64,000 nt of DNA, from the NCBI GenBank assembly GCA_052327205.1, contig CM126202.1, positions 165,292,001-165,356,000 of the forward strand, in the 5' to 3' direction. Shown here piece by piece: positions 48,210-61,222 of the stretch. Position 1 is the first letter of the stretch. Each line of letters opens with the position of its first letter. The stretch comes from Somniosus microcephalus (taxonomy: Eukaryota). Below the pieces are notes generated by a model. The model had not been told where the DNA came from. It did not search any database and saw only the letters and a list, made by a program, of their open reading frames with translations. The position numbers were made by a program, and so were the translations under genes.

Positions 48210-48887
48210 GGGGGAAGAATTTGGTTGCTTTGCGCCTCCCGTTAGCACCCTCTTATGGCACTAACGGGGCACAATGCAACTAGCGCCCGGACGCGGCGCC
48301 GCCAATGCTGCCCACGAAATTCAGAGGGAGGTTAGCGTTGGCGGTAACTGTTAGCACCCCGCAGTGCTGCGCCACCGGTGATGATGTCATTGGTGTGCAC
48401 AGCGCCGCACTCGCACCCCGGCCGCAATCTTTGGTAGCGCCCCGACTTATCGCCGGACGCTATGTCCAAAATGGTCAGGGGGGCCTACCTGCAACCGGGG
48501 CGGCGCTAATTAAAGACGAGGTGCCGGGCTGCCGTTTTTGTTGCTGTCCGCCTGCCAGCATCTGCCCCCGTTGCCGTCCCCGGCCTCCTCTGCAGCCCCC
48601 CTGTGGAGTGCCGGCTGCGCTCCGTGAGCCCGGCACTTCTCTTGTATGCCAGGCTCTTTTGCTGGCACTCCAATCCCTGGTGGCCCAGCTGGGCCCCGGG
48701 TCGCGCTGCGCTAGGCCCCTCCCCTTTAAGAAGGAGAGGAAGACCGGCAGTACCGCGACGCGATGTGCCACAGCGCCACGTAGTGCCGCGATATTCCCTC
48801 GCAGCGGCCCAAGAGGGAGGCGGGGCGATTCTGGTAGCCTAAGGTGAAGTTAGTGCCCCAAAGTGGGCACGACTCAATTTTTCCCCC
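48210..48887. mobile_element. Harbinger-type MITE (GGCGCTA motif class)
   Basis: TIRs GGGGGAAGAATT / AATTTTTCCCCC; TSD CAA. Confidence 0.8.
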
Positions 48888-49646
48888 CAAAACTCTTGGG
48901 GCACCAAAATGCCCCTTGGGCGGCAATTTCCCAGAGAGTTTTTGTCACTGTTGGTGCTTATGTTGGGTCTGCTTTCTTGGGTCAGGCTGCAGGTGAACTG
49001 ACCACCTAGGTCAGGTGTACAAGCTAGCAATGCACTTTCACCAAATCTGTGCAGACATTCTCCCAGCATTGAGGAAGACCCTGGCCAGACTTGCCAAGTG
49101 ATTATGCAATAAATGTGCAGTTACAGGTTGTCAAATATGCCCTGCAATATAAACGGGGCAGAGTTGGCAGCAAGGCAGTTCTGTGATATAAGTGCTGTAT
49201 AATCAACAGAGCTTTGAATCATATTTAAAAGAAAAGTTGGAGATGGTCATGCAAAAGTCTCACACAAGATCCTTACAACCGATTAATGTAGCATTCAATT
49301 ATTGACCACATAGGGAAAATAAAGAGGAGAATAGCAAAGTTGTTTTTCCTGTGGTAACTAATAGAATAGAATTTATATTTTATAATACAATAAATCTAAT
49401 TATTAAGAGTTATTGACAATTTAATGCTTACTCAATCTAAGTATGTAATATATATTTTATGAGCCTGAATTTCAATGCAGTCATCAATAAAGCTGCAACA
49501 TTAGTTATATTATGTACTAAGGTTTATGTCTTGATTTAGCTTTTGACTGAAACTCTTCCCTGTTCTGGATAAACTACAAACTCATCTAATTCCGGTTCAA
49601 TGCAAAGTGTTAAAATTGTTTACAATTGTAAAAATTATTGAATTAA

Positions 49647-50344
49647 GGCCTAGAAATTGAGTGGGCTTAGCGCCCATTTTGCGGCGCTAGAGGGCATTGC
49701 GCTGGACTTACAGCCGGTTTTGAAATTGACTAGGGCCCAACATCGGCGTTACACCGGTAGCGCTGCGCCGGCACCGATGACGTCATCGGTGTGCGCAGCG
49801 TCCCGGTTGCCGTGGTGACGGGCCCCAGCGCCGAAATTCAGTTGTGGCCGCCTCGCCCGTGGCAGCCGCAACTAAGACTCTGGCAACAGAGTCTTGCACG
49901 ACTTTGCGCTGGCGCATAAAGGTGGAGCGGCGGCCGGCCGCTTTCCCGCCGGCCGCCTGCCCGCACCTCCCTCCCCGGACTCCCCCACCGCCCCCCCCGC
50001 GGAACAGATGCTTCTCGGCTGCGAGCCCGGCACTTCCCCGAGGTGCCGGGCTCATTTTTGTGGCGATTTAACCGGCCAGCGGGCGGGTGCAGGCAGCTCC
50101 TCCTTAACTGAAGGAGGAGGCCTGCACTTCCCGAGCCTGCTGCACCGCATCGGGCGCCGCAGCGCCGGAATAGCGCCGCAATGCGGCGCGTAGCGCCAGT
50201 TTTCAGGCGCAAACAGCCTTCAGTAGCGCCGGCAGCCATTTGGGCGCGGCGCTACTGAGTTTTTGGCGCGCACAGCGCGACTTAGCACCGGCGCTAAATT
50301 TCCGGCGTTAAGCCCCGGCGCAGCGCAAACTCAATTTCTAGGCC
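49647..50344. mobile_element. Harbinger MITE with the same TIR core as the autonomous element
   Basis: Perfect 16-bp TIR GGCCTAGAAATTGAGT; TSD TAA; 698 bp; CpG-rich. Confidence 0.93.
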
Positions 50345-51029
50345 TAACTGTTTCATTTGTAATTGCGCCAAACAGCAATTAATCTTTCCTGCCCAACTTA
50401 AAGCCTGTTACGAGCTGAACAAATGAGACTTGTGTTCGCTGGCTGGAAGCTAATAAACCATTATTAACATTTTATTTTTTACTGTAGTGACTACAAATTC
50501 ATATTTTTCTGTTCTTTTCATCTCTAGTGTTACCTTTCCTAAAGGCTCTGTTTCCTTTGCGGTTACAGCCCCTTGCGTTGCTATTACAGTAGCAAGCACT
50601 GCAATTAACCCAGTGCGGTTAAATTACAGAGATCAGATGATAAGTCTAACTTGTTTATTAAAGCTTGCTGGCTTTCAAAAGGGGGCTGACATTCCTCATG
50701 TGTTATACATCAAACTTTCTTAAGACTTACAATAAAATATTCATGATGGAGCATTAAAACGTATTCAATTAGGCGTGACATATTGAGCCTTTACTTCAGC
50801 ATGTGTAATTGCAACCATGACCTTTTCTCAGTCAGGGATCCATATATTTATTTATGAAGACACAACACAAATCATCTTCACTAGTAGTCACTTCAAACTT
50901 TGTGCACTGATTTGTCTTCAGAGATTACAGGTGTTAAATTTCATTTTAAGCATTTAAAAAAAATTGATGCATTATCTCTGCACACAGAATTGGGAAAGGT
51001 TCATCTTTATTATTTTCTTCTTTTTCAAT

Positions 51030-51555
51030 TTTCTCCCCCCTAGTCCTGAAAATGCTGATTCATGCTAGAATATGAATCCACAGGCTCTGACAGCCCTCTG
51101 CTAACTCATCCAAGTGGCTATTCTCAATTGTGTGAGTCTAATGCAGCTTTTATAATGAGCTAAGTAACATACTAATGTTGGCAGCCATAGCGTATCCGTC
51201 CAGTTTATTTTGGGGTAGCCAATGGCTGCAAGTGACCCATGGGCTGAGAGCCAGTGGCACGAGCATGAGTCTTGCACAGTATAAAAACTGCTAAAGGCAG
51301 TTTCAGTTGGCAGGCTATTTGATCACAGGAAGCTGAGCCGGACATCTGTTCTCATTTGATGTTCTGCTTGATGCACAAACCTTCCAGGGAACCCTGGCTA
51401 AACTTTCCTCTCGCTAACCTGGGGACGCTGATTCGACACCTGCACCCCCCTTGCTAGCTGAAATCAAATAGCTCAGCGTTTGAAGCTTGGAATTTACTGG
51501 CCTGTAAGGTTCAATACCGCACCATGTAGTACCATTACCACTGAGCTACCCAGGA
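51030..51555 (-). mobile_element. Old tRNA-derived SINE-like repeat
   Basis: Minus-strand A-box TAGCTCAGTGG at ~51538-51548; similarity to 1350-1710. Confidence 0.45.
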
Positions 51556-51665
51556 TGTTTGGAGTAGTCGCATGTGAAGGAAAAACATGCCTAGCAGGGA
51601 ACTCAAAATATTTTTAACAAAGTGCAAGTAATGTTCACAAAGCACATTTGGCCCTTTCTCAGTTT

Positions 51666-54600
51666 GGGATTTTGCCGGCACTCAGAGGGCGGAATGATTG
51701 ACAGCGGGTTGGGAGCCTGCTCCGAACCTGCCTCCATGTAAGTTTCCAAAGTGTCGGGCTTACGATTACAGAACAGACCCGACACCAAGCGGCAGGGGAG
51801 GCATTTAAGATAATTAAATGCTTGTTAAATGCTTGTTAACTACTATTTTGCCAGCCTATTTCTATTTTACCACATTTTAACGGGGTTCATGTCATTCGGA
51901 GATCATGTCAGGTAAGTAGGTTGGATTCTCTATGTCTCCCCATTGCTGTGAATAGGTGACAGCTGCAAAAGTGGTATGAAAGCTACCATTTCACAGCTGG
52001 TCACTTTCCAATGTCAGAAGCTTGAGCCTTCAGGACTTGGAAGACACTTTTGAGATTTATGCAGTTTGGAAGTGCTTGGAGTAAACTCTCTATCCACTGT
52101 CACCTCCTTGGATCAAGCTCTCTCACCATTGACAGATCGCTTCTGTCATCTCAACCTCAGCTGCCATCTATTCCAGCAACATTGGTGCCCTTCAAAAAAT
52201 CTCACCTTGGTCCTCTGAATCCCTCCACGATCAGCCCTAACACCACCATTACCAGGCACACCAACAACAACACCAACCTTCTCCGCAATCGATGCTGCAC
52301 AGGACACAGGGCATCAGCACCCGATCACATTGCTGTCCAGGAGGCCAGTGATGGCATCACCATGGCCAGATTTACTTCACTTGACGCTGTACACCCTGGC
52401 TGCCACATGATGTGCCAGGTTGACACCATCCCACAACAGCACCATAAAGCATCCTTATAATGTCCAAGCCATTCCTTTCACACTCGTCACAATTGTGGTG
52501 GGGGAATGGAGGTATGTCTCAACATTCACTGGAACTCACAAAGACACTTCTAAAGGTGAGCACAGATCTGTCCAATAAGGCAAAGTGTTGAAAATATAGA
52601 TTTCAATGTTTGACAACACATTAACAGAAACTTCACATAAACATTGGCTAAACCATCCAAGTGCCGACCCTTGTGTGTTGTTAGTTGGTATGCTTGCAAT
52701 AGGCCTACTCCTGAGGTCCCCACCATCACAGAAGCCAGTCTTCAACCAATTCGATTCACTCCACATGATATCAAGAAACTTGATATGGGCCCCGACAACA
52801 TGCCTGCTATAATGCTGAAGACTTGTGCTCCAAAACTACCCGTGCTGCTAGCCAAGCTGTTCCAGTACAGTTACAACACTGGCATCTATCCGACAATGTG
52901 GAAGACTGCCCAGGTATGTCCTGTCCACAAAAAGCAGGACAAATCTAATCCGACCAATTACTGCCCCATCAGTCTACTCTCAATCATCAGCAAAGTGATG
53001 GAAGGTGTCATCGACAGTGCTATCAAGCGGCACTTACTCACCAATAGCCTGCTCACTGATGTCCAGTTTGGGATCCGCCAAGACCACTCGGCTCCCGACC
53101 TCATTACAGCCTTGGTCCAAGCATGGACAAAGGAGCTGAATTCCGAAGGTGAGGTGAGAGTGACTGCCCTTGACATCAAGGCAGCATTTGACTGAGTGTG
53201 GCATCAAGGAGCCCTAGTAAAACTGAAGTCAATGGGAATCGGGGGGAAAACTCTCCACTGGTTGGAGTCATACCTAGCACAAAGGAAGATGGCTGTGGTG
53301 GTTGAAGGTCAATCATCACAGCCCCAGGACATTGCTGCAGGAGTTCATCAGGGCAGTGTCCTAGGCGCAACCATCTTCAGCTGCTTCATCAATGACCTTC
53401 CCTCCATCATAAGGTCAGAAATGGAGATGTTTGCTGATGACTGCACTATGTTCAGCGCCATTTGCAACTCCTCAGATAATAAGTGGCAGGTAACATTTGC
53501 ACCACAGAAGCACCAGGCAATGACTATCTCCAACAAGTGAGAGTCTAATCACCGCCCCATGACATTCAACGGCATTACCATTGCTGAAGCCCCCACCATC
53601 AACATCCTGGCGGTCACCATTGACCAGAACCTTAACTGGACCAGCCACATAAATACTGTGGCAACAAGAGCAGGTCAGAGGCTAGGTATTCTGAGGCGAG
53701 TGTCTCACCTCCTGACTTCGCAAAGCCTTTCCACCATCTACAAGGCACAAGTGAGGAGTGTGATGGAATAATCTCCACTTGCCTGGATGAGTGCAACTCC
53801 AACAACATTCAAGAAGCTCGACACAATCCAGGACAAAGCAGCCCGCTTGATTGGCACCCCATCCACCACCTTAAACATTCACTCCCTCCACCACCGGCAT
53901 ACTGTGGCTGCAGTGTGTACCATCTACAAGATGTACTGCAGCAACTCGCCAAGGCTTCTTCGGCAGCACCTCCCAAACCCGCAACTTCTTCCACCTAGAA
54001 GGACAAGGGGCAGCAGACGCTTGGGAACACCACCACGTCCAAGTTCCCCTCCAAGTCACACACCATCCTGACTTAGAAGTATATCAGCGATCCTTCATCG
54101 TCGCTGGGTCAAAATCCTGGAACTCTCTACCTAACAGCACTGTGGGAGTATCTTCACCATATGGACTGCAACGGTTCAAGAAGGCAGCTCACCACCACCT
54201 TCTCAACGGCAATTAGGGATGAGCAATAAATGCTGGCCTTGCCAGCGATGCCCACATCCCATAAATAAATTTTTAAAAATGGATGAGAGTTAGTGTGAGG
54301 GGTGGCTAGTGAGCTGGGGAAGTGATAATGTAGATAGAGAGGGATGGGTGGAGGTGCAAGGTAAGTTGGTGTGAGTAAAGATGTGCAGGAATATGTTAGG
54401 GAAGACAGAATGATGTAGATGTGATGAGTGGCACAGCAGGATGAGGTTGAGTTTGGCTTGGCAGTAACGTTTCGTGATCTGCTCAGATCATTGAAAGGCT
54501 TGTGCCACTGCAGCCTGGTCCTCCTGATGACATCCCTGCTTTTGCCCTCCTGTGCAATGTGCAACCAGGCTGTGTTGGTCTCCTGGGGAGGTCTCTTCTG

Positions 54601-54985
54601 CCCATGGGAAGGGAAAAGAACCTCCCTGCCCGCTGTGACTCCCTCCATAAGCATATGGAGGGAGTCATGCAAGAGATCAGGTGCAACCGTCCAGCTTTGT
54701 GCAGTGCTTGTTAATGTTTACAGCACCTCAATGCTACAGAACACAGACAGCACAACTGTCAAAATGAATGTGAACATGGCCCCTTTAAGGAAACTGGCTG
54801 ATGACGCATCATCAAATGACGTCATCAGACCGGTTCCTTTTAATTGGCCGGGAAACATGCAGGACGGACTCAACAAGCCCAATCTACGTAAAATCACTTG
54901 GAGAGAGTGAGCTGGAGCCAGGAGCGGGACCGGGACGTGCCAACATCCTCTCCTGTCGCGATCACAGCTCAGATTTTCAGTAGGC
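51666..54985 (-). mobile_element. Harbinger derivative retaining Myb exon 1 (copy 2), interrupted by a LINE
   Basis: GREVLFPSHGQKRPPQETNTAWLHIAQE...RRTRLQWHKPFNDLSRS at ~54462-54695 (-); 52080-52700 colinear with 24040-24640; left end resembles M1. Confidence 0.75.
52704..54279 (+). mobile_element. Zenon-like (CR1-group) LINE, 5'-truncated, decayed RT
   Basis: PISLLSIISKVME, LDIKAAFD*VWHQG, GVHQGSVLG, FADD; tail aataaatgctggccttgccagcgatgcccacatccc. Confidence 0.85.
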
Positions 54986-55359
54986 AGCAAATGAATGGTT
55001 GCAAAACATTCTGGAGGCAGTGCCAAAACTATCAACTTGTCAGTAACCTGAGAGAACCTTCCTAAAGCAGACAGTATATCAGCTTGTGCACATCACACTA
55101 TAGTGTGGTCAATTTGTTGCACAGTATTTGTTTTTTATTGACGTGCAGTGAGTCCCTGCAGCAAAAAGAATTATTATGAAAAGAGATTTTTAGAAGTAAT
55201 ATGAATTGCAGTTCCATTCCTGCTTATCAGCTAAACAAATTGTATAATGATCTCAAAATGCAAAATGTCAGCTAGCAAAATGTTTTACTAAGGCCGCAGT
55301 AATCCAAGCATTTTCATGTTAAAGTATGCATTGATGCAAAAGTGGCAGTGTAACTTGGG

Positions 55360-55490
55360 AATAAAAAGCAATAACGCTGGCAAGCTGCAACAAAAAAACT
55401 GAAAATGCTGGAAGCACCTAGTGGGTCAGTCAGCATCTCTGGAGAGAACAGACAAGGAAAGCTTTGGGGCCCTTCTTCAGAACTGAAAAA
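55360..55490 (-). mobile_element. Penelope terminal-repeat remnant with degenerate hammerhead motif
   Basis: Reverse-complement similarity to 33560-33692; CTGAAGA on minus at 55474-55480. Confidence 0.55.
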
Positions 55491-55799
55491 TCAGCAAACA
55501 TTTTAATAGAATCAGCCAGAAGGAGGAGGAGAGAGAAAAGGAGGAAGTATCAGTTGGATGACCTGTTGCCTGTTTAAATGAAATGCAGGAGATTGTTAGA
55601 TGATGCAGTCATACATTACAACAATGTATTAAAGAAACAAATGATATTTAAAGAAGCAAAGTATAAAAGCAAAAAGACTATAGAAGCTGGGAATGTGAAA
55701 CTAAAACATTTCCCGTAAGGTATTGGAAGGCCTATTTAATGGGTTGTAGTACTGTATTGGGATCATCTTCAACTTCATGAACACTACTTGTTTCCCCCT

Positions 55800-56435
55800 C
55801 ACAGGCTGTTAACGGGCAGTTTTTTGCCTAATCTCTATTTTTAGCCCTGAAGTGTGGGCTGCCGACGGCTCCGAACCATGCCAAGTTAGCGAGGCGGACC
55901 GTCGGTTTGCAGGGGTTGGAGGGGTCGAGATGTCCGTTGTGCAGGTGAGTGATAGGTGGATGTGTGCAGAGGTAAGTGTGTGAGGTAAGTGTAAAGTGTT
56001 TTAATAAGTTTTACTTACCTTTACTTTCTCCTGCAGGCTTCCTTCCTTCAGTTCTCGGGAGTCCCTCAGCTCAGCCCTCGGCACAGAAAGCAGAATGGCC
56101 GCTGAACTGTCAAAAGCTGCAGCCTCTGCTTTCTGGTCTGGAGAGCTCTCTAACTGAGTCTGAGTAGAAGGACTCAAGTTAGAAGACAGATTGTCAGTGA
56201 TTGACAGCTTCACAGAGCAGTCAAATGCTGATTTTTCATCTGTCAAAAGCTCTTGACAGATGAAATGTCAATCGCTGACGTCACCAGTAACAAGGTGTCC
56301 CTTAATTGGCCTGCTGAGCCCGTTGGTCAATCAAAGGAAAATAGCGTGGGTTGGCCACAAGTCGATGGAGGCGGGACTACAACCCAAAAAGTGGGAGTCC
56401 CGCCTCCAAAAGCTCCCCATTGACAAAATCGAGCC
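55800..56435. mobile_element. Harbinger-type MITE (family M1), left end missing
   Basis: Colinear with 21450-22097; right end ...GACAAAATCGAGCC. Confidence 0.8.
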
Positions 56436-57009
56436 TGTAGTATTTGTTAGGCATTTTAACAAATATATATTACTTCTAAAAAACTGTAATATTCTTCCAC
56501 TTTGAAGATAATTATACATCTAGAGAACAACAAAATGAAGAGAAGCTGGCTTGAATACAGACTGTAGCCTCATCTCACAAAGGTATAATAATGAAGTTAA
56601 AGTAGAAGTGTCTCATTTTAAGGTGAAAGAAGAGGCCCTTCATGCACAAACGGAAGTTATTACAAACTGAGGTTGGTTATGAAGATGAAGATGCATCTTT
56701 ATGACCATTCAAGTGGATTCAAGGTAGACGGAAATCCCATTAGTTAAGATTGAAATGCCAAAATGATTTATATACCGCAGAGGGCAATGGATTAAAACAT
56801 AGGAAGAGTTGAGTAAATTGGCCACTATTGTGTGCAGAGGTCTGTAGATAATCAAATGATCATTTGTACCCAATGCTTGTAAGATTGCTTCTTTACATAC
56901 AGTTTTCAAGCATTGGGTTTCTGACAGTGTTTGAGTTGTTTTAATACTGAATATAATTCACTAAACATAAATTTTGATGGGAATGTAAGTATAGCATACA
57001 CAAAAATGA

Positions 57010-58050
57010 CAATTTGCATTTATATAGCGCTTTTACTGTAGGAAAACGTTCCAAGGCACTTCACAGGAATGTAATCAGACAAAAATTGACACTGAGCCAA
57101 AGAAAGAGATATTAGGACAGGAGACTAAAAGCTTACTCAAAGAGGTAAGTTTTAAGGAGGGCCTTAAATGGTAAAGAGAGGTGGGGAGACATAGAGGTTT
57201 AGGGAGGGAATTCCAGAGCTTAGGACCTAGGCATCTGAAGGCACGACGCCAATGGTGAGGCAAAGGGAGTGAGGGATGTACAGGAGTCCAGAGTTGGAGG
57301 AATGCAGATTTCTTGGTGGATTGCAGGGCTGTAGAAAGTTACAGAAATAGGGAAGGGTAAGGCCATGAAGGTATTTGAACACCAGGATGAGAATTTTAAA
57401 ATTGAGGGTTTTGTGAACCAGGAGCCAAAGAACAGGGCAAGCGGGCTTTGATGTGCGTTAAAATATGTTCAGCAGAGTTTTGGGTGAGTTCAAGTTTACA
57501 GAGGGTGGTAGGTGGGAGGCCGGCCAGGAGAACACTGGAATCGTCACGTCTGGAGGTAACAAAAGCACGGGTGAGGGTTTCAGCAGCAGATGGGCTGAGG
57601 CGGGATGGAAATGAGCAATGTTACGGAAGTGGAAGTAGGTGATCTTTGTGATGAAGTGGATATGGGATCAGAATCTCAACTTTGGGTCAAATAAAATGCT
57701 GAGGTTGCAAACAGTCTGGTTCAGTTTGAGACCGTGGCTAGAGAGGGGGATGGAATGAAGTTTGTGACTGGGTAGACTGAAGCCATTCTCTTCAGCACCT
57801 ATGTTTAAATGGAGGAAATTGTGGCTCAAACAGGACTGGCTGTTGGACAACACAGAAGCAGTGGAGAGGCCGAGAGAGGTGGTGGTGAGGTAACGCTGGA
57901 TGTCGTCAGCGTACATGTGGCACCTGACAAGACAGCATTAGATGAGAAATAGGAGGGAGCCTAGGTTAAATCCTTGAGGAACTCCAGAGGTAACAGTATG
58001 GGGTTGAGAAGATTGCATAGGTAAGAGTGGAACCAGGTGAGGGCAATTCG
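57010..58050 (-). mobile_element. L2 LINE 3' part
   Basis: MYADDIQ, RAFRCLGPKLWNSLP, 3' end gcatttatatagcgctttt; resumes at ~60941-61222. Confidence 0.8.
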
Positions 58051-58169
58051 ACTCAGCAGGAAAACAATGGAGAGTGGTGTTTTAAAACAGTCTTCTGTTG
58101 TTCAGTTGAGTAGTAAAGAATTCAGTCTTATGATTATAATCACTTTATTTTTATCCTTTAACATAAAAA

Positions 58170-58731
58170 ACATATTCAAGAAAGGAGGGAGAGAGAAAAC
58201 AAGGATTTACAGGCCAGTTAGTCTAACATCAATCGTTGGGAAAATGCTTAAAACCATTATTAAAGAAGTGGTAGCAGGGCAATTAGAAAATCATAATATG
58301 ATTAGGCAGAGTCAACATGGTTTTATGAATGGTAAATCGTGCTTAACAAATTTATTAGAGTTTTTTGAGGATGTAACTTGCAGGGTAGATAAAGGGGAAC
58401 CAGTGGAAGTAGTATATTTGGATTTCCAAAAGGCATTTGATAAGGGGCTACATAAAAGATTGCTACGCAAGCTAAGGGCTCATGGGGATGGTGGTAATAT
58501 ATTAGCTAGGATAGAGGATTGGTTAATGGATAGAAAACAGAGAGTAGGGATAAATGGTTCATTTTCCATTTGGCAGGCTATAACTAGTGGGGTTGCGCAA
58601 GGATCAGTGCTTGGGCCTCAGCTATTTACAATCTATATTAATGAATTAGATGAAGGAACTGAGTGTATTGTATTCAAGTTTTCTGACGATACAAAGCTAG
58701 GCGGGAAAGTAAGCTGTGAGGAGGACACAAA
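58170..58731 (+). mobile_element. CR1 internal RT fragment
   Basis: IFKKGGREK...YLDFQKAFD...QGSVLGP...FSDDTKLGG; ends abruptly at the next element. Confidence 0.9.
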
Positions 58732-60940
58732 GACCTCGATTTTACGAACCTCGGCGGGTCCATGGCGGGCGATGTCGGTGGCGGGTTCCAACCCCGCTGC
58801 TGGCTCCATCCCGGCCTCTGAAATGAATTTCCCTTGACTGGCCTTGTTAAGCCCGCCCAGCACGTTTCCCGGTCAATTAGAGGAAGCGGATCTGGTGACG
58901 TCATTTAATGATGCGTCATCAGCCGGTTTGACATTTGTGCTGTCAGTGTTCTACAGTATTGAGGTGCTGCAAACACTGACAAGCACTGCACAGAGGGGCA
59001 TGGCTGCACCCAGGCCCTCCCATGATTCCCTCCATATGCATATGCAGGGAGTCACAGCACGCAAGGAGGTTCTCTTCCCTTCCCATGGGCGGAAGAGACG
59101 TAACTAGGAGATCAACACAGCCTGGTTGCACATTGCACAGGAGGGCACAAGCAGGGATGTGGTCAGGAGGACCTGAGTGCAGTGCCGCAAACCTTTCAAT
59201 GATCTCAGTAGATCGTGAAATGTTAGTACAAAGCCACACTCAGCCTCATCCTGCTGTGCCTCCCATCACACCCCCATCTCTCTGCCTTCCCTACCCTACT
59301 CCTGCACATCCTTACTCACACCAACTTACCTTGCACCTCCACACATCCCTCTCTCTCTCTCTATCTATATTATCACATCCCCATCTCACTAGCCACCCCT
59401 CACACTCACCCTCATCCTAGTCCAATCATATCAACTAAAAACACACAAGGGTAGGCACTTGGGTGTTTTAGCCAATGTTCATGTAAAGTTTCTGTTAATG
59501 TGGTGTCAAACATTGAAACCTTTATTTTCAACACTTTGCGTTCTTGGACAGATTTGTATGTACCTTTGGAAGTGACTTAGTGAGTTGTAGTGAATGGTGA
59601 GGCATAATGGTACCCCCCGCAATGCTGATGTGTGTGAAAGGAATGGTTTGGGCATTGTAGAGATGCTTTATGGTGTTGGCGTGGGGTGGTGCCAACCTGG
59701 CGCATCATGTGGCAGCCAAGGTGTACAGCATCAAGTGAAGTAAATCTGCCCATGGTGAGGCCATCCCTGGCCTCCCGGGCAGCAATGTGGTCGGCTGCTG
59801 ATGCCCTCTGTCCTGTGTAGCATCAGGTCATTGCGGAGAAGGTTGGTGGTGTTGTTGTTGGTGTTGCTGGTGTGCCTGGTGCTGCTGGTGTTGGGGCTGA
59901 TCATGGTGGGATTCTGAGGACCAAGGTGAGAGAGTATAAAGGGCACTGATGTTCATGGAATAGATGGCAGGTGAAGTAGAGATGACAGAAGCTGTCAATG
60001 GTGGGAGAGGTAATGAGGTCAGACTGGATGGAGACTTGTGTAAAGACTTGCAGCATGGTGAATGTTGTGGAAATGCAGTGAGGAAGAGCTTGTGGCTGAG
60101 GGAAGATATCTCTGTAAGGTGGAAGCTTTTACTGTACATTTGAAGCTGTCAACTCAACAGCTGATTCAATGGCCACTGAACTACCGACTCAGCTTGACAG
60201 ACGTGGTCCATGACCAGCATGGACCCCGTGGGCACTAATTATATGTCCCCTGCTGTGAACCCGCCGCTGTTTGTCGGGTCTGTTCAGCGCTGATTGCGGA
60301 GTAGGTTGGTGTTGTTGTTGGTGCTGCTGCTGTGCCTGGTGCTGCTCGTGTTGGGGCTCATTGTGGTCCAATTCTGAGGACCAAGGTGAGGCAGTATAAG
60401 TGGCACCCATGTTGATGGAATAGATGGCAGGTGAAGTAGAGATGACAGAAGCATTCTGTCAATGGTGAGAGAGTTCTTCCAATGAGGTGAAACTGGATGG
60501 AGACTTTGCTGGAAAGACTTGCAGCCTGCAGAATCTGTACTAGAAATGGACTGAGCAACAGCTTCTGACTAAGGAAAGTGATGATCTTTCAGATGGGAGC
60601 TTTTACTGTAAATTTGATGCTGTTAAATAATCAGCTGGATCAATGACAATTGAACTCCCTCCTCAGGTTGACAGATGTGGTTCCGGAGCAGTGGGGTTCT
60701 GGTGAAATTTAAAAAGTAAGTTAAAAACGACTGTTAAGGGTCTGACAACTAGTTGTTAATCATCTCAATTGGGTCACCCACCTCTGCCGGTCGGGTCGGG
60801 TCCGCGCTGACAGGTGCGCCTGGGGGAAAGGCACGTGGGAGCGAGATGACAGCAGGTTCCTCACCCGCTGTCAAAAATAACAACTTTCCCACCTGACCCA
60901 TCACCGATCGAGCCTGCTACCACCCCGGGAAATTCTAGCC
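58732..60940 (+). mobile_element. Harbinger derivative retaining Myb exon 1 (copy 3) with an internal duplication
   Basis: Inverted homolog of 23599-25344; ATG 59000 MAAPRPSHDSL...KEVLFPSHGRKR; right end GAAATTCTAGCC; 59820-60210 repeated at 60295-60680. Confidence 0.8.
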
Positions 60941-61222
60941 AATGATTTTGATTAGGGCTGTTTCAGTGCTGTGGTAGGCATTGAAACCTGATTGGGAAGG
61001 TTCAAGCATGCAGTTGTGGGAAAGATGGGAATGGAGTTGGGAAGTGACAACACATCCAAGGACTATGGAGAGGAAAGGGAATTTGGAGATGGGGTGGTAA
61101 TTTGCAAGGACAGAGGGGTCAAGGGTGGGTTTTTTGAGGAGGGGCTGATGACATAAGAGTTGATAGGGAGGGAGATAATACCTGAGGAGAGGGAACCTTT
61201 AACAATATCAGCTAGCATGGTA
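60941..61222 (-). mobile_element. L2 LINE RT fragment
   Basis: Decayed NY.PISKFPFLSIVL / STETALIKI; continues the L2 at 57010-58050. Confidence 0.65.

Noticed and set aside
49660-50330. CpG-island promoter of a host gene (also 48230-48880, 61910-62590)
   Set aside because: CpG richness is confined within MITE TIRs and TSDs
58037-58837. 266-aa ORF
   Set aside because: Read-through across L2, unique DNA, a CR1 fragment and a Harbinger end
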